Shown: piece by piece, positions 1 through 11,548 of the stretch | Layout: each line of letters begins with the position of its first letter | Position numbering within the stretch: the first letter of the stretch is position 1 | NCBI GenBank assembly: GCA_951406725.2 | Contig: OX597831.1 | Coordinates: 49,724,001-49,788,000, forward strand | DNA: 64,000 nt | Source of the DNA: Octopus vulgaris | Lineage: Eukaryota | Direction of reading: 5' to 3' | Made by a program: the position numbers and the translations under genes | The notes under the pieces: generated by a model | The model's input: the letters and a program-made list of their open reading frames with translations, nothing else | Database searches by the model: none | Told to the model about the DNA's origin: nothing

Positions 1-225
1 TACCTATTTCTTTACTACCCACAAAGGGCTAAACACAGAGAGGACAAACAAGGACAGACAAACGGATTAAGTCGATTATATCGACCCGAGTGCGTAACTG
101 GTACTTATTTAATCGACACCAAAGGGATGAAAGGCAAAGTCGACCTCGGTGGAATTTGAACTCAGAACGAAATACCGCTACGCATTGCGCCCGGCGTGTT
201 AACGGTTCTGCCAACTCACCGCCTT
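1..225 (-). mobile_element. tRNA-derived SINE, family A
   Basis: Reverse complement begins AAGGCGGTGAGTTGGCAG...GAGTTCAAATTCC (A/B-box-like) and matches the other copies at 4492, 23520 and 44671. Confidence 0.85.
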
Positions 226-1321
226 GTATTTCTTGCTTTTATATATCGCCTCCTCTTTCGTATTTTCAAGAAGCTTCAGCTACTTAAACACGCAAAACAA
301 CCATTGAGTCTCTTAAATGGTAGTTTTATTTCTCTCCTTTCCTTTACTTTGTTATTAATTCGCATGAACCAACCAATACATTCTCAATCTTTTTTTCATA
401 CGTTTATACATTCCTGCGACGTTCATATCGCTCTTTCGTAAATGTCTAGTGTAAGTTATTCGTTGATTCTACAGAATCTATTATTTAGATATTCTAGGTT
501 GCTAAGGGAGAGCTGGAAAGGGGATAAATATTTCCAAGCCTAGAGTATTAAAATTCTTAGATAACCAGATATCTGCTATCCTATGCAATCCATATCTTTT
601 ATTCGTCTGCCGTGACAGCTCTCCACTTGGCCAACGGAAATCTATGAGTTAATAAAAGCGGCGTCATGTGGTATTTAATTACGATGTTTTCTGAATAGAA
701 GGCCGTTCTTAACGAATTCAAAAATAAAAGATTTCTGGCTAACAACAATTGCCACTAACATAACCAAGGTTTTAATTAAATCATATTGCAACTAGATGCC
801 AGTTAGATATTAATTACTCTAGCTTCAGTAACTCACATTATCTGCAGGATTCATGCAAATTTCAATTAAATATTAAAAAAATTACTATAATTAATTGCAT
901 TTGTAGTTTCTGTAATAAAACATGTGTTCAATGAGTATGTCATAATTCTACCTGAAGAATTTTTATTAAAGTGTTGTAGTGATATGACAGACTCTAATAA
1001 ATTGTGCAATAGCGTTGTTTGTTTCACTCTGAACTTTACGGAGTAAGAAAGAAAGTGCCTACGATTCCAATTCCGGGCGGCCAAGTCGGTTTGGAAGGAA
1101 GGAGAAAGTTAATCTGAAACCAGGATTTTGGCCCAAATATTTGCAACAGAGTGGTCTCCGTTGAAAGTACTCAGGAGCAAGGTGGTGATGGTGGTTAAAC
1201 TAAGAAATTTAAGGAACCACATCATGGCTTGCGACACATTTCAAATCTAACGAGCCTCACTCAGAAGGATTTGATCAACTTGAGGTTGAAGACGTTGTGC
1301 AGTGGCATGTAAATATAATAA

Positions 1322-1540
1322 TAATAAACCTTTCTACTATAGGTACAAGGCCTGAAATTTGGGTGGGGGGAGATAATCGATTATATCGACCCTAGTACTT
1401 AATTGGTACTTAATTTGTCGATCACGAGAGGATGAAAGGCAAAATCAGCACGGCGGAATTTGAACTCAGAGCGTAAAATTAGAAGATAACACGAAGCATT
1501 TTATCCGGCGTGTTTACGATTCTGCCACCTCGCCGCCTTA
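1322..1540 (-). mobile_element. SINE family A, diverged, alternative 3' tail
   Basis: Same head and body as the other family A copies; abuts a (TAA)n run. Confidence 0.75.
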
Positions 1541-1548
1541 ATCATAAC

Positions 1549-1579
<31 letters not shown>

Positions 1580-1599
1580 TTAATAATAATAATAATGAT

Positions 1600-3465
1600 A
1601 ATTTCTAACATACATGCAATGTCGGAAATCTTGAAAGTATGAACGGCTGATCAATTTGAACCCAATGCTTAACATATGCACGTTGTTCCCAGAACCAAAC
1701 AGAGCTTCCGTTATCTCAGTCCACTTCGGGGTGGTTGTCATAGTGATGAAGTAGTCTGGCTTTCCGAACTCTCTCACGAGAGTCATTCCAGCTAGTATAC
1801 AATCCTTGTAAAACTGAGGAGAACCAGTATGTGATGGCGGAAGATGTGATGTTAGACCCTACGGCATTCATATCACCATTTGCAATAGCACCCAGAAGGC
1901 CCCTGATACTCTTCAACATTAAGATGTTTCTGTTGAGTTCTCAGGAAGTGTAATCGATCTTGCTCTATCTTTACATATTGGTTTACTGCATATTGATGCA
2001 TCAGACGTCTACTTTTTATTATGCCATTGAACACATCCTTTTTTTTTTTACCTGAAATCTATAAAAATAAAAGTCACATTCAGTGATATTTTTGCTTCGG
2101 TCATTGTCTTTGAAGAGCACATTCCTCACAGGGAAACAAAAGTACAAAATGAAGGTCATAGCTTCTGTGGATTTGACCAATGTAGTCTAACTTCCCATTG
2201 CCCCCTCTGTATTGCACAATATCCGAAGGTTTAATGTTTGGATTATTGGTATCATATCCCACCATGATCACAGCAACTTCTGTTGCAGTCGGAGTATTAT
2301 AGGTTCTCTCATGGGACCTAGCTGAAATAAGCCGTTTGTGATGACTTATAATAATATCACCGGTAGAACATTTTTCTGATGGATAGTGTTCCTTAATTAT
2401 ATCAATAGCTTGTTTAAAACTTTTTACATAAGGATTGTGCATATGCAGTGCTTCTGCAAGTCTAGCAGGCTGTTCTCATTAACGTCATTGTCAGCTCCTG
2501 TGAATGACAACCTGTTTCTCATCTCATTTTCAATGAGAATGAAATATAGCCGTGCATAGACTGGCTTCCTATTTACTACTGGCAGGAGGCTTTTTAAACT
2601 CTGGTACAACTTTCCTTGAATCTTGAAAGTATTCATAAAAGTCCTACCACCATGTGGTCCAACTGGTGGATTATCCAAGTAAGACCATAGTCAGTAAATT
2701 ATTGTAGTCACTAATTTTGTTCAGAAACATTTGACCGCATAGATTAACATCATAGTACTTAGCTATTAATTCTGAGGGCTTTTTCATCTTTGGAACTTTG
2801 TCATTGCCAATTTTCCCTTTGCTACAGCAGAGGGTAGTTTTCTCAGCACCCCAAAGGTAAGCTTTGCACTCAGGGCATGTTCTGTTAAAAATGCTCCCAC
2901 AGTAGTGCAACAAAAGACTTGGGTTTCGTTCTATTTCATGAAAATCTGCCACATCAACTTCCATAGCCAATTCTCTCAGTGTCAGTTCTTTGCTGACGAA
3001 GTCTTGATTAGTATCGTGCCTGGTTGTTTGCCTGTCGCTGATGAATTTATTACAGCGACGCCCTTTCACTAGAGTCTTGTTTCCTCAGCCGATCAGTATT
3101 TATCCGTGCTTCTGTTTATTGTGATGTTTTCATTACACGGCTTTTCCGTATCCGCAGCTGATTCACATTCCCTCGTGCTTCTCTTTTTGCTGGACTTTCC
3201 ACTGCACGGGTTTCCTGTGTTCTCATCCGATTCGCATTCCTCCATGCTTCTGAATCTTCTGATCTTTCCATTGCACGGGATTCCTCTCTCTTCAGCCGAT
3301 CTGTATTTCTCCGTACCTCTGTTTCCTATGGTGTTTCCACTGCACGGGTTTCTTGCATTCTCCTTGTCTGTTTTCTTCAATTAGCGTCTGTTGTCTTTGC
3401 TCAGCAATCTTTTGGGAACGGGAATTTTTTCGGGAGAGGTTACTGCTCTTTCTTTTTCTGGGCAT
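1600..3465 (-). pseudogene. Helitron Rep/helicase, N-terminal part, frameshifted and truncated after Rep motif 1
   Basis: ATG at 3465 (MPRKRKSSNLSR); 28-aa R/E-rich repeats at 3090-3380; CPECKA...CCSKGK Zn finger; FKIQGKLY..LLP; HNPYVKSFKQA; HERTYNTPTATEVAVIMVG; HRSYDLHFVLLFP; GKPDYFITMTTTPKWTEI (Rep motif 1). These lie in several frames. Confidence 0.9.
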
Positions 3466-4491
3466 AGTGTACTGTTGAAACAGTGAATATTTATAACAAT
3501 TATACAGTGAAATTCAGCTAGCATTTGAGCTAATTTTTCTGAACGGGAAGTTTTCACGGTATTAATTGTAAATATTTACCTTGGATATTTATTTACAATT
3601 ACAAAACTCCCGTTGAACACTATTTGAAAGTGCGATTTTTATGCTGTTGATTTGCTCTAAACGTATTTGACCATAAAAATGTCGGAAATTTAGTATTTCT
3701 TAAGGTAATAATAAAATTTGTCGAACCTATTTTCATGCAATCGAATACGTAAAGTTTCCGAAATGTCCATACTTTTACGCCTGCTATTTCAGAATTCTAC
3801 GCATGCGTGAAATATCAGACGACAGTACATTCAGTAACATCAGACGACAGTAGATTCAGTAACATACACGCAACGATGTAAACAGACATAAGAATAGCTC
3901 AGACAGCCGACAGTATTAAAATAGATCCAATAAATTATATTAACATCTTAAAAAATACTAAATTTCCAACATTTTTATGGTCAAATTCGTTTAGAGCAAT
4001 TCAATAACATAATCCCACGTTAAGACAGTGTTTAGCGAGTATGGTGTAATTGTAATTTTCACCGAAGACTAATAGTCTTTTTTTTTCTTCAAAATGACAC
4101 CGAAAGAACGCAACCAGTTAAGACAAAATGAACTAAGAGAAGTCGTAAATAAATGACAGAGAGATAGAGAGAAAGAAAGTTATCAGAGGTAACATTGTAT
4201 GAGAGAGTGAGTTCAATATGTAATATATAAATATAATGTGAGAGAGAAACATCAAAGTAACACCGAAGGAGACATAGAAAAGAGCGCAACCGGTTGGGAG
4301 AGTTATGAGAAGTAACATTCTCTGCGATTCTGTCAATTACCACTCTTCACACTGCAGCTCTCAATAATACTAAGAGGTAGTAAGCATGAGGAATAGTAGG
4401 AGAGTAACAGAATAGTGAGAGAGGGGCAATTCGTTTTGTCGGAGTTTACTAAACTGGAACCGGACCGGTTAATTTTCGTGAATCTCATATA

Positions 4492-4722
4492 TATTTCTTT
4501 ACTACCCACAAGGGGCTAAACACAAAGGAGACAAACAAGGACAGACAAGCGGATTAAGTCGATTACATCGACTCCAGTGCGTAACTGGTACTTAATTTAT
4601 CGACCCCGAAAGGATGAAAGGCAAAGTCGACCTCGGTGGAATTTGAACTCAGAACGTAATGGCAGACGAAATACGGCTACGCATTTCGCCCGGCGTGCTA
4701 ACGTTTCTGCCAGCTCGCGGCC
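4492..4722 (-). mobile_element. SINE family A, full length, with TSD
   Basis: Flanked by TTCGTGAATC(T/C)CATATA at 4475-4491 and 4723-4739. Confidence 0.92.
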
Positions 4723-4989
4723 TTCGTGAATCCCATATAGATGTTCATACTCTCTCTCGGTACCCACGGATCCTCACGCCAAGTTTGGTCGAAATCGGTC
4801 CCGTGGTTGCGGAGGAGTTTGGTAACAAAAGTTTGACACAGTCACACAAACAGACGTAAACAGCACAGTTATAGTATGAATATAACAAAGACTACTTTGT
4901 CTATTTGAATCACAGAAAGAGATGTAACATTTTTCGAAATCAAACTAAATTACAAAGTAAAGAACAGACAAACATTAGAACATGTACAG

Positions 4990-5550
4990 AATACTGAGCA
5001 ACAAAAGCAGAACCGGAAGGAAGGACAGAAAGAAAAAATATATTTAAAACGGAATATGAAGAAAATATAAGAAGGGGAAATTCCAAAAGAGGAAATCGTT
5101 AAAGAATTTATTGTATGAAATTCTCCATAGACCGGTGAAAGTACTTCTCAAGGGCGAGTCAAAGTATGATAACAACATCGATAAAAGACACAAAACTATC
5201 TGAATCAAAGAATTCTTGAAATAAATGACACTTGATCAAATACAAAAAGACTGTCGTTACATAGAGCGAAAACGATTCTTTGAAAAAAAAAGGAAAAAAA
5301 AAAGCAGTCCGATTCTAATCCCAAACGGTTTTATAGAGCGTAATATGTAAAAATATTACATAAATCAATACTGCACCAAGACAGGAAGAATGAAAAGAAT
5401 ACTGAAGATGTGTATGAACAGTTAATTAAGTAATCATCACGAATAAATTTATTTAAAGTAACGAACACAGTACACAAATATAATAAAAAATATACTTAGA
5501 AGCCACAAAGAACAAACTACTGGTGTGCACCTGTTTATAAGGATTAGATT
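4990..5550 (+). mobile_element. Highly decayed R4/Dong-like LINE fragment
   Basis: Purine-rich; residual peptides KQSDSNPKRFYRA and NTAPRQEE resemble the pre-RT region of RLE LINEs; many stops. Confidence 0.35.
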
Positions 5551-5749
5551 ACTAAGTGCTGGTTAAAATGTTTAACAGGAACATTATATATATATATATA
5601 TATATATACTGTAAATTTAGAGTGAATACTTGATAAGTGTAAGCACCTGTATATGCCAGACAGTGGCAGAGGTGAGAGAGTATATATCAAATATAAATTA
5701 AAAACACGTGTACCGCGATATCCTTTGCGTTCTGTTTTTAATTTATATT

Positions 5750-5789
<40 letters not shown>

Positions 5790-5794
<5 letters not shown>

Positions 5795-6380
5795 CAAAAC
5801 GCCCCCCGTTCAATGGACAGTGCTGAGTTGTCAAACACTTAAACCAAATTTTCTCAAAACAAGTTGTCGGACCGTCCCATAGGCCACTTTGAAAAACACT
5901 GATTTAACCTAAAGTTGAGCAAAAGAAGAAATAAAGACTTTTTTTCTATTCCAAAGAAAAACGATTTTATTCACACAAATATGCAACCGAAGAGTTTAAA
6001 GTACCAGTAATGATAAGGCTGTTATGATAGTCTTTCCTTCCTTCATGCCAAGTTTGAAGAAAATATCTCTTTTGCATCTTACTTTTTTGTTCTCTCAAAT
6101 ATACTGCATTTTGTGGCATTATTTCAAGCCAGCCGGCTTTTTTTGCCCAAACTGCACGTGCATATTTCTCGCGTACGATCGTAACAGCTGATGTAATTGC
6201 GAGTACAAATGCACGTTCCCACGGCTTCATCGATTTTTGTAATTTTTTCAAGACTTATACACGCCCTGATACCGTCGGTATCTACATATCAAATTTGAGC
6301 GCAATCGGATGGCGGATGCCCGAGATCCTAGAACACACACACACACAGGCAGACAGAACGGATCTTATATAATATATATA
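5790..6380 (-). mobile_element. Non-autonomous Helitron/DINE-like element
   Basis: Minus strand reads TATATAAGATCCGTTCTGTCTG-(TG)n...CCGATTGCGCTCAAATTTGATATG (DINE-like core); bounded by (TA)n. Confidence 0.55.
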
Positions 6381-7087
6381 ATAACATAAACCTTTATACT
6401 GTGCCTGGAGTGTTTCCAGAAGCAAGTGGCTAACTGTATGTATACTTAAGACTTCACTACTCTTGGATACGCCATGAAAGAAAGACAAAATATACACGTT
6501 CGCAGTATCCATGGAACCACAGAGGATGGCAGATAGTGGTTAAGCATAACCGTATATATCTGTCTTAGGGTGCTTCCATTTGACTTTTCTATAAGAGTCT
6601 AGAAGTTCAACAAATTATCCAACAAGACAACAGGAGTTTATTTTTTAGTGGGCATGAATTATGCAGAGGTTATCCCATTTCTCATCTTTCAAACTTGTTT
6701 TGCAACATTTCTTCAGACTCTTCACATACTGATTTCAAATCTCGCCGAAGTGTGCCTTGTATCTCCCTCTTTCGAAGTCGATAAAATAAAGTACAAGTGC
6801 AGTACAAATGCCTTTAATTTTCAAGAACTGAAGAGGGATACAGATTGTATAAGTAGGACAATCAAGTATCATCTGTATATGGATTTCTTCAAGTATTACA
6901 TCACGTATGATAAGCAATTATAAACGCCGTTATAAGTAGATATATTCTATGTATAGGCTTGAAAGTAATACATATTAATTCATATATTTGAATCCCTGAA
7001 TTTCTATCTATGGATGTGTGTATGAATACATATGTTCATATCAATTTATATATCTATATCTATGTGATGTATTTATATACACACACA

Positions 7088-7459
7088 CGCTATGGGTAAG
7101 AAGCTTGCTTCTCAACCACATGGTTCCGGGTTCACTCCTAGTGCGTGGCATCTTGGGCAAGCGTCTTCTGCTATAGCCTCGGGCTGAACAAAGCCTTGTG
7201 AGTGAATTTGGTAGACGGACACTGAAAGAAACCCGTCATATGTATATATGTTTGTGTGTCTGTGTTTGTCCCCCCAACATCACTTGACGACCGGTGTTGG
7301 TGTGTTTACGTCCCCCGTACCTTAGCGGTTCGGCAAAAGAGACCGATAGAATAAGTAGTAGGCTTACAAAGAATAAGTCCTGGGGGCGATTTGTTCGACT
7401 ATAGGCGGTGCTCTAACATGGCTGCTATCTAATGACTGAAACTAATAAAAGAATAAAAG

Positions 7460-7461
<2 letters not shown>
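7088..7461 (+). mobile_element. tRNA-derived SINE, family B
   Basis: GGTTCACTCC B-box, CTTGGGCAAG core, internal microsatellite and AAAAGAAT tail; matches 61172-61581. Confidence 0.88.
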
Positions 7462-7506
<45 letters not shown>

Positions 7507-8109
7507 GAGTGGGCATATGCGAATTAATGAAAGAGTACGTACCTCCGTTTAGCTATTTAGGTGTGCATCACCATTTATTTATTTTGTTATCTGTCCGTCT
7601 ATCGGTACGTATGTGCGTACTTATGTGTATATGTACGTACGCATGTATATATGTACATACGTATGTACGTATGTATATATGAAGTCTGAATATTTGAAGC
7701 TAAATCGGACATTCAAATGTCACGGAAAAATATAATTTCAGAAATCTTTATTTTTCTTTCTTTTTTGTTCTGTCTACTTATTTGTAATTTTATTTAATAA
7801 AAATACACTCTGCCGTCGTTCGAAATCAATTATTTTGAATCATTTTTTAAGGCAAATTTTTAATGTCGAATAATAGATAAAAACGTTTCAATTATTATTG
7901 AATTATTTTCATATTCATAGTTCTTATATAAAACAAAGTGTTCTGGATTTAATTTGTTTCGCCTGTGTCAGTTCCCTATTTATATTTCACTTAACATTCT
8001 TTTTCTTAATACTCGTTGTCTGAAAACAAAACTTATTTTCCTTTAGGCTTCGTAATTCTTTTTATGAACTTTAATGAAATTAGACAAGGTAAATTACCTT
8101 TAGTGCAAG

Positions 8110-8335
8110 TGCGTGTGTCCATGGTTAAGGCGTTGGACTTACTATCGTAAGATTTTGGCTTCGATTCCAAGATTGGTGACGCCTTATGTTCTTGAGCAAG
8201 ACATTTAATTTCATGTTAGTCCAGTCCACTCAGCTACATGTGACGGGCCTTCGTCCGTCTAGCGGGGCATGTACGCACCATGGAAACCGGAAAACCGGCC
8301 CTATGAGTCTTTATGACTCGGGAAGGATATTACCT
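8110..8335 (+). mobile_element. SINE family C, diverged
   Basis: tRNA-like head (TGGTTAAG...TTCGATTCC) followed by GTTCTTGAGCAAGACA...CCAGTCCACTCAGCT, shared with 19555-19860 and 58385-58510. Confidence 0.6.
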
Positions 8336-8729
8336 GTCTGCTTCTATATAAACATTTTTCACTTCCCAAGATTTTTATTTTGTTTATGCTTATTGATATT
8401 TCTTACGATTCGCTATGTAATATTAAATTAGTTTTACGCGTATGTAAATTTTGGTGCTAATAGTAAACGTCAATATTTTTCGTATTCATTGACTTAAAAT
8501 TAAGTAAACATTTCTCACTTTCCTAAAAAGGTGGAAGATTTACATATTTCCCGACAGAACAAATAAAAAGATAAGGAACTGTTAGAAAAAGTTTTCTATT
8601 CATCCATTCATCGTCTCGCCTCATTATTATTACATGGGTTGTAGGGGTAGAGTCGTATGACTCCTTCTCCATGTGGGTCTGACAGAAAGCAAAATCATTA
8701 GACTTGCCGATTGAATTTCCATCCATGAC

Positions 8730-9210
8730 CAACTAAGACTACGGTTATTATCCAAACATCTCGTGTTTGGTCTACCCCTCATCTCCTTCCATTTGGCTGG
8801 GTTTGAAAAATCTGTCTTGTGATTCTTTCTTGCGACATTCTAATTACATGCCCATAGTTACATAAACTGTGACCCCTGAATGTGGAGAAGTAGTAGCTTG
8901 ACATGGAGATACTCTCTAATATCCAAGTTACGCACGCTCTGTTAAAAAACATTATTCTAGAAACCCTTCGGAGGACCCTCATTTAGGCCACTTTTATTCG
9001 CGATTGTATTCTTTCGATCATTATCGAACATTCATGTCTTCAAATGAGTATAGGTCCGAAAGCCGAATTGAAGATGGGGAGTTTGGCATTTTTCTAACCT
9101 CTCTTCTTCTGAGGATCGAATACTAGGGCCGGCATATTACTGTGCTAGCACCTGCAATTCTAGCATCTAATTCAGTTTCCAGCTTTCCATCACTCGAAAA
9201 TTCACCCAAG
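8730..9210 (-). mobile_element. RTE-clade LINE 3' fragment
   Basis: FSSDGKLETELDARIAGAS, GHVIRMSQERITRQIFQTQPNGRR and GRPNTR match the RTE ORF C-terminus. Confidence 0.75.
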
Positions 9211-9759
9211 ATGTATTTGTTAGTAATTAACAAACATACAAAAGTACATAAATACAAGCTAGAGGATCAGGAACGAGGCAACAAAAGGTAAAAAAAGTTA
9301 CTGTAATGGAAAGGAGAGAAACCCACGAAGGTAGCTTCTAATAATGGAAAGCAATTTTCACTTTCTTGTCACTTAAATCTCCCCATGTCTCGTACCAATG
9401 AGGCAACCAGAGAGTATTTGCGTACGTGCTCAATGTCCTGGAAATATAAATAAGTCAGTCAGTCAGTCACCGAAACGACACCCAACCACTGGAAAAACAA
9501 CAAAATAATAAAACCTAAAAGAAAGGAATGTTACTTGGGACGATGTATATCAACATACATTATGGCTGGAAGACGTCTGGTCATAGATCTCTTCGATGAC
9601 GATCAACATGAATCCATATATCAACAAGAATTACTAAGACATACCAACTAAGAAACAAATCAAGGAGATCCATTAAAAGATGTCTGAAAATATCAAGAGC
9701 TTGCATGAGAGTTTCTGCTTGATATGTTTAATAATTGAAAAGGAAAACAAACATATAGC

Positions 9760-9925
9760 CGTATGTGAGCTCTGTGGTTAGGAAGCTTGCGTTCCAACCA
9801 TGTAGTTTTGGGTTCAGTCCCATTATGCAACACCTTGGGCAAGTGTCTTCTAATATAGCTCGCCTTGACCAATGCATTGTAAGTGAATTTGGCTCAGGAT
9901 AACTCAGGAATCCCGCTGTATACAC
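9760..9925 (+). mobile_element. SINE family B, 5' half
   Basis: GGTTCAGTCCC...CACCTTGGGCAAGTGTCTTC. Confidence 0.75.
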
Positions 9926-10469
9926 TACGCGCGTGTCGCACACGCACACGTATATATCTATATCTATATCTATAATGAATTAATAAATTAGGAAAACAGA
10001 GATTTATACACCCAGTTTTTTTTATATAGCCAATCACATCTTTCCAGGTACTGACATGGAAAGATGTGATTTACTGTATAATAAAACTTGGATATATATA
10101 TCTGTTTTCCCAATTTATTAATTCAGTATTTCTTCTCTGCCGACAACATGCAGTCTCTATAGAGACATCTGGATTTGCCGAAGTCAGGAACTACCGAAGT
10201 TAGTAAAATAAACAAACACGATTCATCTACTTTAATTGAGGTTAGCCAGAAATGTTAACCGGTAAAAGCGAATACGGTCCCCGCTAAGATTGTATATCCC
10301 TATTTACCAATTTTGGAAATTTACCATTACATATATATATGTGTGTGTGTGTACGTGTGCGGATATACATACCTAATACATATATATTCATACATACATA
10401 CATATATACATGTATATATATATGTATATATGTATATATATATATAAATTTCTGGTACTTTTAAATAAA

Positions 10470-10520
<51 letters not shown>

Positions 10521-10634
10521 AAATATTTTTTTCACTTCCCGAGCGTTAAACTAATAGACCTGTTTGTTGTCTACACCACCTGTCTTTGTCTTTTGTCTTT
10601 TTTGTGAATTCTCCCAATATATGTAGGGAATATA

Positions 10635-10683
<49 letters not shown>

Positions 10684-10895
10684 TTGAAATAGAAAGATGA
10701 ATTTTCTTGTAACAGATTATTCAAAGGTTTAACCGATACCTGGGTAGCAAAAATCACAGCGGAAAACAGCACGGTTGGAGATAAGACCATTTGGTGTTGC
10801 AACCGTGCGTTGGAGCGGATAATTGAAGTTTAATATTATTAGTGAATGGAATAAATGGAGTTGAACGAAGATTGTACAGAATACCTTTTATTACA

Positions 10896-10975
10896 TTCTA
10901 CACATGTTTCGAAGGCCGCAAATTTCCAAATTCTGTTTAAATAAGGGTACCATATTGCGGCTTTCTCTTCAGGGA
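10896..10975 (-). ncRNA. Type I hammerhead ribozyme motif in pLTR copy 1
   Basis: CTGAAGA, stem II GAAAGCCGCAA/TTGCGGCCTTC, GAAAC-ATGT-GTA; stem I is poorly paired in this copy. Confidence 0.55.
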
Positions 10976-11548
10976 AAAAAACAGGAATTCCGTTGACAGG
11001 ACAAAACAAAGCAGAGGCACAGCAATTCGAACGAAGATGCTCCTTAGGAGCCCATGGCTGAACTGTTTATCAATGTACGTTGAAATCGGGGATTTGGTGC
11101 GTTGAAGATATCTACTGGTCAGGCGGCGGTCAGATCTAGTCGGTGGAAGCAAGGGGTGTGGGGATGCTCTGTGTGACCAACACTAATGTTCTTAAGAATA
11201 CTGGGTGTATTTTTGGGGGCGAGACAAAAGCCTCCTATAAGCATGTATGTGTGTGATGGCCTATGTGTGCGTGGTCGCGTGCTGGCGAGGGGGGCTACAA
11301 AATGACCACTGCTGAAAAAACCAGTCAAGCGGCTGAAAGAATTTTTTGTGTTCGTGTGTTCGACTCGGCCTGCTTGTCAAAATTTAACATCGTCAAAGAA
11401 TCCTAATGGCAAATATAGTTCACGCCTAATGGGAGTAATTTCCCCTTGCAAGGGTTATTCATAGATTTCTTAAAAAGCTTTTTCAAAAATTATTTCCAAA
11501 GATTATTTTCATTTTAGTAGGGAAACTAGGTGTTAATTGTCTTAGGTA

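Larger units (their letters stand above)
1600..4880 (-). mobile_element. Helitron (5' portion) containing the Rep pseudogene
   Basis: On the minus strand near 4880, TCATACTATAA is followed by a TGTC/TGTG-rich run and GGACCGATTTCGACCAAACTTGG, a DINE/Helitron-like 5' core. The element leads into the Rep ORF and is interrupted by a SINE. Confidence 0.6.

Noticed and set aside
3093-3384. 95-aa and 92-aa repetitive ORFs
   Set aside because: Off-frame and antisense readings of the 84-bp Helitron N-terminal repeats.
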